A DNA stretch of 24,721 nucleotides from a virus (taxonomy: Duplodnaviria; Caudoviricetes). A program made the position numbers and the translations under genes. The stretch spans positions 1 to 24,721 of the IMG/VR virus record IMGVR_UViG_3300023234_000110; one strand, 5' to 3'. The stretch's first letter is position 1; each line of letters opens with the position of its first letter. A model generated the notes under the pieces. That model was not told the origin of the DNA. It made no database searches and saw only the letters and a list, made by a program, of their open reading frames with translations. Of this stretch, positions 8,034 to 15,568 are shown in pieces.

Positions 8034-10421
8034 ATGAAAAAAATATCAATTGTATTCTTTTTAGGTTTGGCTCTTATTTTTATACCATTTGTTAGTTCAA
8101 TTAACTTTGAAGAAAGTGATTACACAAATACAAATATAGTGAACATTGTTAATGGATCTGAAATACTTCACAACAATCTGTCTGACCTTCAAGGAGGAGT
8201 TGCTACTGAATATTACCACATAAGAGAAAGCTGGTTCAATGAACTAACTTCAGATATTTTTAATTGGATAACACAGGCTGAAGGAGATGCATTGTACTAT
8301 GATCTTGGAAATAGTTATTCTTATTACAACTCAACAACTCTTCAAGACTTAAACTCAACTGGGTTAATTATTAATTGGAGTACGGGGGAAATGGGATATG
8401 TAACTAATTCTGTTCTTGCGTCTTATAATTATTATAACTCAACTGACTTTGTAATCACAGATTATTATCTAAATTCAAATCCTTTTAGTTATTACAACTC
8501 AACTAATCCAAGTCCAGTAATAAATGAATCTTATTATTTAAAATCAAATCCTTCAAACTATTGGAATGATACTTTCGCAACATTCAATGAAACTTATGCA
8601 GATACTATCTATGCTCCTATCGGTTCAGCGGGGAATCCATTTGACCAATCTCTTAACACAACTGAAAATGTAACTTTCGCAAATGTAACTGCGACAACTT
8701 ACTTCGGAGATGGTTCACAACTTACGGGAATTAGTGCAAGTGGTGGAGACATAACTGGTAATGGAACTACTAATTATTTACCAAGATATTTTAATGCAAG
8801 TTATTTAACTGATTCAATTATTTATGATGACGGGACGGGAAATGTGGGGATTGGGACAACAGCTCCAAGTTATAAATTAGACGTTATAGGAAATATAAAT
8901 ATTAATAATGAATCTGCTTATCTCTACGATGGAGTTCAAGCTTTGAAGTTGACGAAAGGGGGAGAAGTTGGTTATTATAGTACAGTTGTAGGTTATGAAG
9001 CAGGAAATTCAGCTTCTTCAAAACAAACAGTTCTTGGTTATAATGCAGGGCATTTAGCAACAGGAATAACTCAAACAGCTTTTGGAGTTTATTCTGGATA
9101 TAAAAATACTGGTAGCCAACAATCTGTTTTTGGTATTTCAGCAGGTTGGGAAAATTCAGGTACAAACCAAATTGCTTTTGGATATAGGGCAGGTAGAGAT
9201 AATATTGGAAATAATCAAATAGGAATTGGATATTTAGCGGGGATAGATAATTCTGGGAATCAAGTTACGGGTTTGGGATATGGAACTAATCAAAACAACT
9301 CAGGAGATAATGTTGTTGCTTTAGGTTACGAAGCAGGTAAAGACAACACAGTAGCAAATCAGTTTATAATACAACAAGCTAATATTAATGCTGTTCCTTT
9401 GATTCAAGGGGATTTTGCTACTGGGAATATTGGGATTGGAACAACAACTCCTCAAAACAAACTCGACGTCGAAGGAAGTGCTGTTATAGGTTCAACTTAT
9501 TCAGGAACAAATACTGCTCCTACTAATGGATTGTTGGTTGAAGGGAATGTGGGAATCGGGACGACAAGTCCAGACGCGAAATTAGATGTTAATGGAATTA
9601 TAAATGCTGGTAGTTTTGCTATAGCAGGAGAAATTAGAAGTGTGCAAGGTAATGGTTATGATAATTATGTTTCTTTAAAAAGCGAATATGGAGGAGTTGG
9701 TTCTATTAATAAAGCTGGTTTATTTAGAAGTAATACAAATTATTTTGTTTATTATGATACTCATACGGGAGATACTGTTTTAGATTCAACTTTTGCATCT
9801 GGAGATATTATATTTTCTCACCAAGGGGCACAACAAATGAGAATAGATGCTTCAGGCAACGTCGGAATCGGGACGACAACCCCTCAAAAAACTTTACACG
9901 TTGCGGGGGACGGTTTGTTTAACGGGACGTTAACGATCGCGAAAGGAACGGCGTCGGGACATGCGGTTACGTTAGGACAATTACAATCTTCAGTTGGAAG
10001 CGTTACGGAAGTCGATCCTTATTGGTCTTCTAACTTTACAAATGGTTTAAGTGGAAATTGGAATGTAGGAGCATTTGATATAACAGCAAATAATTTCATA
10101 GGAGCATGGAATGGTTCGAGTGATTATTACTTAAAGAATAATCCTTTTAGATTTTACAACTCAACAAATCCAAGTCCAGATACAACATATTCTGCAGGAA
10201 ATGGAATTAGTTTAAGTACAACTACATTTAGTGTTGCAGGAAATACTGCTTTAACTCAAGATACAGATGGATTAAGTGTAACAAATAATGCTATAGGAGA
10301 TACCCAATTAGAATATAATACTGGACAACATTTAACTTCCACGAGCAATCCCACTTTTAATAATCAAACCATAACAGATTGTATAGTATTTTCAAGTGGA
10401 GGACAAATTTGTTCCGCTTAA
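8034..10421 (+). CDS. Secreted fibre/adhesin glycoprotein (putative receptor-binding protein)
   Basis: Signal peptide; many N-x-S/T; four GN(V/I)GIGTTxP repeats; ~14-aa (V/A)xGYxAG beta-roll repeats like YadA/Hep-Hag heads; HAVTLGQL neck-like motif. Confidence 0.8.
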   Translation: MKKISIVFFLGLALIFIPFVSSINFEESDYTNTNIVNIVNGSEILHNNLSDLQGGVATEYYHIRESWFNELTSDIFNWITQAEGDALYYDLGNSYSYYNSTTLQDLNSTGLIINWSTGEMGYVTNSVLASYNYYNSTDFVITDYYLNSNPFSYYNSTNPSPVINESYYLKSNPSNYWNDTFATFNETYADTIYAPIGSAGNPFDQSLNTTENVTFANVTATTYFGDGSQLTGISASGGDITGNGTTNYLPRYFNASYLTDSIIYDDGTGNVGIGTTAPSYKLDVIGNININNESAYLYDGVQALKLTKGGEVGYYSTVVGYEAGNSASSKQTVLGYNAGHLATGITQTAFGVYSGYKNTGSQQSVFGISAGWENSGTNQIAFGYRAGRDNIGNNQIGIGYLAGIDNSGNQVTGLGYGTNQNNSGDNVVALGYEAGKDNTVANQFIIQQANINAVPLIQGDFATGNIGIGTTTPQNKLDVEGSAVIGSTYSGTNTAPTNGLLVEGNVGIGTTSPDAKLDVNGIINAGSFAIAGEIRSVQGNGYDNYVSLKSEYGGVGSINKAGLFRSNTNYFVYYDTHTGDTVLDSTFASGDIIFSHQGAQQMRIDASGNVGIGTTTPQKTLHVAGDGLFNGTLTIAKGTASGHAVTLGQLQSSVGSVTEVDPYWSSNFTNGLSGNWNVGAFDITANNFIGAWNGSSDYYLKNNPFRFYNSTNPSPDTTYSAGNGISLSTTTFSVAGNTALTQDTDGLSVTNNAIGDTQLEYNTGQHLTSTSNPTFNNQTITDCIVFSSGGQICSA

Positions 10422-10422
10422 A

Positions 10423-12303
10423 ATGAAAAAAATATTATTTATTTTTATCTTTGGAATCTTATTACTTGGAGTAGTTTCCGCAGTTCCTCAATTTAATTTC
10501 CATGATAAAGAATTAAGGAAACAACTTAGAGAAACTGATGTAATAGAAGAAGAAGGGGGAACTTGGATTAATAAAAGATATTTTACATACAATGCTTCTG
10601 AAAAAGAATTATTAATTGAAAAGAAAAACAACAAATTAATATTAGATATGAAATTAATAACTCCTTATGAAAACAAAGTGGGTACCGGGAATGATACAAT
10701 GATTGCAGAATTCTTAGTAATTGATTATCATAAACAAGCAAGTAAAGTATTTGATATTGTTTGGACTTTTGATGTAAATGATAATTATACTTATGGTGAA
10801 CAAGATTTATGGTTTAAGTATGGACTAGATTATGAAATAGAAGATTGTATTGAAATAGGAGAAAATGAAACTGAATGTTATAATTACACTCAAACAAACT
10901 GGACTTACTTTGAAGACTTTAAAGCATTATCAAAAATAGAAGGTTGTGAAGAAAATGTTAAAGTAGGTTTATTTACAAACACAGAAACAGGAGAGAAGAA
11001 AGAATGGGTTCCAACAATAGAAGGATTTGATATTTTTCAATGGGCAGAATATGATGTAACTGCTGGATCTCCTTTTGAATTTGATGCAACATTAGCACAA
11101 CATAATTCATTAGTTAAAATAAATGATACTCATTATTTAAATACATATATGGGGCAAGATTTAGATGGATATGCAGTTGTCTTAATAGTTAATGGAACTA
11201 CTATTACAAAAGGAACTGCCTATGAGTTTGATACAAATGATGGAACATATAATTCATTAATTAAAATAAATGATACTCATTATTTAAATACTTATACTGG
11301 ATCTGGGAGTGATGGATATGCAGTTGTCTTAATAGTTGATGGAACTACTATTACAAAAGGAACTAATTATATATTTGATACAACTTATGGAACATATAAT
11401 TCATTAGTTAAAATAAATGATACTCATTATTTAAATACTTATGCTGGATCTGGGAGTGATGGATATGCAGTTGTCTTAATGGTTGATGGAACTACTATTA
11501 CAAAAGGAACTGCCTATGAGTTTGATACAAATGATGGAACATATAATTCATTAATTAAAATAAATGATACTCATTATTTAAATACTTATACTGGATCTGG
11601 GAGTGATGGATATGCAGTTGTCTTAATAGTTGATGGAACTACTATTACAAAAGGAACTGCCTATGAGTTTGATAATAGTAGAGGAGAATATAATTCATTG
11701 GTTAGAGTAAATGAAACTCATTATTTAAATGTATATAGAGGAGATAGTTATCAAGGAAATGCAGTTGTTCTAATGATTGATGGAACTACTATTACAAAAG
11801 GAACTACTTATATATTTGATACGGCTTATGGGGCAGAGCATTCAATTATTAAAATAGATGAGACTCATTATATAAATGCTTATTATAATGGGAAAGGAAT
11901 TACAACTATTTTAAAGCTAACTGGGAATACCATTTCAAAAGAAAATTCTTTTGAATTTTATTCTACATCAACATTTGACAACTCTTTAATTCAAATAAGT
12001 GAAAACCAATATATAAATACATTTTCAGGTAGCGGAAGTGACGGATATGCAATTATTTTTGAGGTAGAAATAAATGAAACTGAAATAAATGATTCATGCA
12101 CATACACATCAGGAGATTGGAATATTACTATGTCAGATTATTGTATCTTAGATACAAATACAGACATAGGTGCAAACGATATAATCTTTTTTGGAATAGG
12201 AAACTGTACAATCAATTCTAAAATAGAAGTAGCAAACATGATTCCCCCTACAACTGGCGGAACAGTTTACATAGATTCAAATGCGGAGATAATAATAGGA
12301 TGA
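10423..12303 (+). CDS. Secreted glycoprotein with seven ~49-aa repeats (putative beta-propeller)
   Basis: Start moved to ATG 10423 (MKKILF signal peptide); repeats NSLxKINDTHYLNTYxGxGSDGYAVVLxVDGTTITKGTAYEFD. Confidence 0.82.
   Translation: MKKILFIFIFGILLLGVVSAVPQFNFHDKELRKQLRETDVIEEEGGTWINKRYFTYNASEKELLIEKKNNKLILDMKLITPYENKVGTGNDTMIAEFLVIDYHKQASKVFDIVWTFDVNDNYTYGEQDLWFKYGLDYEIEDCIEIGENETECYNYTQTNWTYFEDFKALSKIEGCEENVKVGLFTNTETGEKKEWVPTIEGFDIFQWAEYDVTAGSPFEFDATLAQHNSLVKINDTHYLNTYMGQDLDGYAVVLIVNGTTITKGTAYEFDTNDGTYNSLIKINDTHYLNTYTGSGSDGYAVVLIVDGTTITKGTNYIFDTTYGTYNSLVKINDTHYLNTYAGSGSDGYAVVLMVDGTTITKGTAYEFDTNDGTYNSLIKINDTHYLNTYTGSGSDGYAVVLIVDGTTITKGTAYEFDNSRGEYNSLVRVNETHYLNVYRGDSYQGNAVVLMIDGTTITKGTTYIFDTAYGAEHSIIKIDETHYINAYYNGKGITTILKLTGNTISKENSFEFYSTSTFDNSLIQISENQYINTFSGSGSDGYAIIFEVEINETEINDSCTYTSGDWNITMSDYCILDTNTDIGANDIIFFGIGNCTINSKIEVANMIPPTTGGTVYIDSNAEIIIG
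11104..11838 (+). repeat. 147-bp coding tandem repeat (five well-conserved units, two degenerate ones follow)
   Basis: Unit starts at 11104, 11251, 11398, 11545, 11692. Confidence 0.95.
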
Positions 12304-12341
12304 AACAACAATTAAATAAACGACAAGGAGGTAATAAATAT

Positions 12342-12884
12342 ATGAAAAACAAAACATTAAGTATCTTTGTAGGAATAACTTTAGTATTATCTTTAATGGT
12401 ATTAGGATTTGCACAAGTAAGAGCAATTGAAGTATTAGAAAATGGAGATATAATTTTAACTTCACAAGAATTTGTAAGTTTAAGTGATGAACAAATTGCA
12501 ACTTATATGTATAATGAATTCACTATTTCAGAAATCAATTTACAAAATGATAAAATAGAAATTGTTTACAATTTAGTTTATGTTGAACCAACCCATAATA
12601 ATAATACATACAGAGTATTTAATCATGGATTTCAAACTTATGTAACTTATGATTTACTTCAAGAATGTTTAAGTCTTGTAGACATGACTACTTGCGTAGG
12701 ATTACTTGTAACAAACACAGAAGCATACACATACAACATTGATGAAAATACAACAAGAACTATTACACCAACTTATGTAACTGCTCTGAATCAAGGAATT
12801 CAAAAATACGAACAAACTTTAGCATTAAGAGATAGTATAAGTCAAATGACAACAATGGAATCGTTCATTGATCAACTTGAATAA
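12342..12884 (+). CDS. Secreted/membrane-anchored acidic protein
   Basis: SD GGAGGT 12327-12332 favours ATG 12342 (12300 is an in-frame alternative); signal-like helix. Confidence 0.8.
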   Translation: MKNKTLSIFVGITLVLSLMVLGFAQVRAIEVLENGDIILTSQEFVSLSDEQIATYMYNEFTISEINLQNDKIEIVYNLVYVEPTHNNNTYRVFNHGFQTYVTYDLLQECLSLVDMTTCVGLLVTNTEAYTYNIDENTTRTITPTYVTALNQGIQKYEQTLALRDSISQMTTMESFIDQLE

Positions 12885-12913
12885 CTGTTGTAATTCTTAA
12901 ATTATAATAACCT

Positions 12914-12921
12914 TTTATATA
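12914..12921 (+). promoter_or_regulatory. TATA box TTTATATA
   Basis: 29 nt before ATG 12943 (leaderless spacing). Confidence 0.65.
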
Positions 12922-12942
12922 GTATTTACTCTCTATAAATCT

Positions 12943-13203
12943 ATGAAAAGATTCCATGTTGTTGATGCAGATACATTGCAGATCAGACGAGTAAACTTCA
13001 ATTTAGGTAAACAAAAAAACCAAATTTTTACCTGTGATTTTTCTTCTGCAAATGCCGCACAACAATATATTTCTTCTTTGGATTTTGGATTAGATCAATT
13101 CTATGAAATTTGGGATGACAAAGAACAAGAAGTTATTGATTATAGAAGTTACTTTAACAAAACTGCGAAGAGTCCTAGAAAAGTGAGGTCAATTAAAAGA
13201 TGA
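12943..13203 (+). CDS. Hypothetical protein
   Basis: 86 aa, leaderless start, ATGA overlap with the next gene. Confidence 0.75.
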   Translation: MKRFHVVDADTLQIRRVNFNLGKQKNQIFTCDFSSANAAQQYISSLDFGLDQFYEIWDDKEQEVIDYRSYFNKTAKSPRKVRSIKR

Positions 13204-13616
13204 GAAAAAAAGTATTATGTCAGAGGTGTGGAAGAACCCACCAATTCTCCTCACTAAGAAAAGAAATTCATGGAGAAAGACTTCTATGTCATATTTGTTA
13301 TAAAAGAAAAAATGACGAAAGACTTAACAAGAGATTAAAAAATCTCCCAGAGATTAATAACAATAGTGTAAAATTACCCATTAATTCTATTTACACTCCA
13401 CAGAATAGACCTGGGGAGTTTCTTGGGGGTTATTTGAGTAAGGGCGAGGGTGATTTCTTGAAGTCTAAGTATGGTTATGATAGTTTCAAGAATGGAAAGG
13501 GAAAGTTTGAACCTCTTGAAAGAATCAAAAGAGTATTGAGAATTAAGAAAAAGAAAATTGTTAAAGAACACAAAACAGATTTAAATGAGAAGTTCTTGGA
13601 GGGATTACCACAATGA
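13200..13616 (+). CDS. Zn-finger basic protein
   Basis: CQRC...CHIC at the N-terminus. Confidence 0.8.
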   Translation: MRKKVLCQRCGRTHQFSSLRKEIHGERLLCHICYKRKNDERLNKRLKNLPEINNNSVKLPINSIYTPQNRPGEFLGGYLSKGEGDFLKSKYGYDSFKNGKGKFEPLERIKRVLRIKKKKIVKEHKTDLNEKFLEGLPQ

Positions 13617-13747
13617 GCTTCACAGGATCAGAAATAGTTCTACTTAAATGTACAGTATGTTTATTCCTAGGGATGGTTGTAGGAGTTATCATGACACATA
13701 GTTTTAATTACAGAGAGATTCATACAAATGCAAAGGAGGAAATGTAA
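13613..13747 (+). CDS. Small single-TM protein, 44 aa (not in ORF track)
   Basis: MSFTGSEIVLLKCTVCLFLGMVVGVIM...; ATGA overlap; contains the SD of the next gene. Confidence 0.65.
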   Translation: MSFTGSEIVLLKCTVCLFLGMVVGVIMTHSFNYREIHTNAKEEM

Positions 13748-13753
13748 ATAAAA

Positions 13754-14050
13754 ATGTCATCATTAAAAGAAGAAGCACAGGCATATGAGCCAAAAAGAAC
13801 GCTAAACATAACAGACTTAGATAGAGCGGATTTGTCTTTTCCAATTGAAACTAGACATGGGGAAAATAAGGATGGAGAAAGTTATACCTACAAAGTTATG
13901 GTTGTTAATGAACAAGAATACAGAGTTGCGTGGACAGTTCTTGAAGAGATTAAGAAAATGTTAGCTTTGAAACCCGACTTAAAATTTGTTAAAGTAACAA
14001 AGACTGGAGAAGGTAAAGCTACTAAATATTCTGTTGCTTTATCAGAATAA
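13754..14050 (+). CDS. Putative single-stranded DNA-binding protein (OB-like)
   Basis: Beta-rich; C-terminal VKVTKTGEGKATKYSV resembles the motif of viral gp32-type SSBs; SD GGAGG; function is inference. Confidence 0.55.
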   Translation: MSSLKEEAQAYEPKRTLNITDLDRADLSFPIETRHGENKDGESYTYKVMVVNEQEYRVAWTVLEEIKKMLALKPDLKFVKVTKTGEGKATKYSVALSE

Positions 14051-14096
14051 GTTTCAACAGAAACAATTAAATAATTTATTATTATTATTAATTTAT

Positions 14097-14186
14097 GCGG
14101 GAGAAATAGTTGAGTTTAACTAACTCGAAACAATTGGTAAGTAAAGTAGTTCTTTATGAGGTAGGTTCAAATCCTGCTCTCCCGCT
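14097..14186 (+). ncRNA. tRNA-like element / degenerate tRNA
   Basis: 8-bp closing stem GCGGGAGA/TCTCCCGC, canonical T arm GTAGG-TTCAAAT-CCTGC; D and anticodon arms non-canonical; no encoded CCA. Confidence 0.7.
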
Positions 14187-14188
14187 TC

Positions 14189-14411
14189 GGAGCAGTTGGT
14201 AGCTAACTCCATAAAAAATTGACTACCTGCATTTTAGGTAATGTGGACACCAAGGAAAGACTTGGAACGGAGAGAGTAAGTAGAGTAAGAAATTACTCTC
14301 TCCATTCATATTCACTAGGCTGGGCATGGCAAGGCAAGGCATGGCAAGGCGAGGCAAGGGAGTTTGCATGTTCTCTTAAAAACATGTTACCTTTCAAATA
14401 TAGCTGAAAGG
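14189..14411 (+). ncRNA. Chain of hairpins (structured RNA/leader)
   Basis: Stems GGAG/CTCC, TACCT/AGGTA, CCAAG/CTTGG, GGAGAGAGTAA/TTACTCTCTCC, CATGTT/AACATG, CCTTTCA/TGAAAGG. Confidence 0.55.
14315..14360 (+). repeat. Pentamer repeat CNNGG x9 (alternating NN / GGC)
   Basis: CTAGG CTGGG CATGG CAAGG CAAGG CATGG CAAGG CGAGG CAAGG. Confidence 0.92.
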
Positions 14412-14421
14412 AGGTTAAAAA

Positions 14422-15012
14422 ATGAAAATAAAAGCAATTAATACAAAATATAAAGGATATTATTTTAGGTCAAGATTAGAAGCCAGGTGGGCAGTTTATT
14501 TTGATTCAATGGATTTAAAATGGGAATATGAAAAAGAAGGATTTAATTTTGGAAATGGGATAAATTATCTACCAGATTTTTGGTTTCCAGAATTAGAGAT
14601 GTGGGGAGAGGTAAAACCAACAGAATTAAATAAAGATGAGATGGATAAAGTTGCTCTGTTAGTAAAAGGGACACATAAACATTGCATTATTTTGTCTGGA
14701 ATTCCTGAAAGAAAACCCTATGAAATTATTTTCCCAGATATAGATGTTTATGGAAAACCATTGATAGATGGTTCTGGAGAAACAGGTTACTATTGTAATG
14801 GAGAATTTTATGAATATCCTGGCGAAGAATTAAATATAACCTTACTTTCAACAAATTGTGCAATTTCTAATTATCATAATTATCCCAAAAATGAGGGTAG
14901 ATTTTATACGGCTTTTGATGATGCTGAAATAAATGAAGATTATTTTAATGATATAGATCGTCATGTAGAAAATGCAAAATCTGCCAGATTTGAATTTAAC
15001 AACAAAAAATGA
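14422..15012 (+). CDS. PD-(D/E)xK-family endonuclease
   Basis: YKGYYFRSRLEARWA...WEYE...YLPDF...WGEVK; SD GGAGGT 14410-14415. Confidence 0.8.
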   Translation: MKIKAINTKYKGYYFRSRLEARWAVYFDSMDLKWEYEKEGFNFGNGINYLPDFWFPELEMWGEVKPTELNKDEMDKVALLVKGTHKHCIILSGIPERKPYEIIFPDIDVYGKPLIDGSGETGYYCNGEFYEYPGEELNITLLSTNCAISNYHNYPKNEGRFYTAFDDAEINEDYFNDIDRHVENAKSARFEFNNKK

Positions 15013-15043
15013 AACAAACAAAAATAAAAACATAATAATCAAT

Positions 15044-15228
15044 CACGGAGGGATAAAGAGGGATTGGTCGGTATAGTCACTTTTATCGTTATAAAACATC
15101 CTCTCCCTTCATTTCATACTTAACCCTGGGTAGATTTGTCACCTCTTAACTAACCCAGGGTTATCATAGTTCCCCGTGGAGTTTCGGGCTTTAGACCTCC
15201 CGTTCTTTTCTCCGTGGGGATTTTTCTT
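15044..15228 (+). ncRNA. GC-enriched structured intergenic region ending in oligo-T
   Basis: Stems GGAGGGA/TCCCTTC, TAACCCTGGGT/ACCCAGGGTTA, TCCCCGTGGAG/CTCCGTGGGGA (two G-U), then TTTTTCTT. Confidence 0.55.
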
Positions 15229-15262
15229 ATTGTCATTTTAAAGTTACTAAGAAAATTAAAAC

Positions 15263-15270
15263 TTTATAAT
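15263..15270 (+). promoter_or_regulatory. TATA box TTTATAAT for the replication operon
   Basis: 30 nt before ATG 15293, A-rich BRE upstream. Confidence 0.6.
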
Positions 15271-15292
15271 AGTTAGAAATTATTAAAAAGAA

Positions 15293-15568
15293 ATGGAGTT
15301 TGTAGTAAATATGACAACAGAAAACTTGACACAAGACGAACGAACTAACTTGGATAAATTAAAATTCTTCTTTGAAGAAAAGATTCAAGTTCATTTAAAA
15401 CTTAGAAGAACTAATGAAAAAGGAATACATATATTTCTTAATGGATTCATTACTGAAAAATTAACCGATACATTATTTTTAATTAAAGAAAGAAAATTGG
15501 GAGACGTTAGAGTTTCATTATTTGAAATTAGAAACGATGGTGTTTTTGAAGAGAGGGGGAAGGAATGA
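15293..15568 (+). CDS. Small beta-rich protein, possibly Sm/LSm-like fold
   Basis: Helix then strands IQVHLKL, IFLNGFI, LFLIKE, DVRVSL, EI; fold call is inference. Confidence 0.6.
   Translation: MEFVVNMTTENLTQDERTNLDKLKFFFEEKIQVHLKLRRTNEKGIHIFLNGFITEKLTDTLFLIKERKLGDVRVSLFEIRNDGVFEERGKE

Noticed and set aside
11104-11838. 147-bp repeats as a DGR template/variable pair
   Set aside because: All copies are in-frame in one ORF, differences are not clearly adenine-restricted, and no reverse transcriptase is in the window
14097-14186. Canonical tRNA, or tRNA with a BHB intron
   Set aside because: No convincing 5-bp/7-nt anticodon arm at canonical spacing and no proper bulge-helix-bulge around the 19-nt insert; no anticodon assigned
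14219-14407. Track ORF of 62 aa across the hairpins and pentamer repeat
   Set aside because: TTG start, no SD, and a WAWQGKAWQG sequence that is a by-product of the repeat; better explained as non-coding
14127-14415. Hammerhead ribozyme or group I intron
   Set aside because: CGAAAC is present but there is no CTGANGA core in the right arrangement and no recognisable P7-type elements
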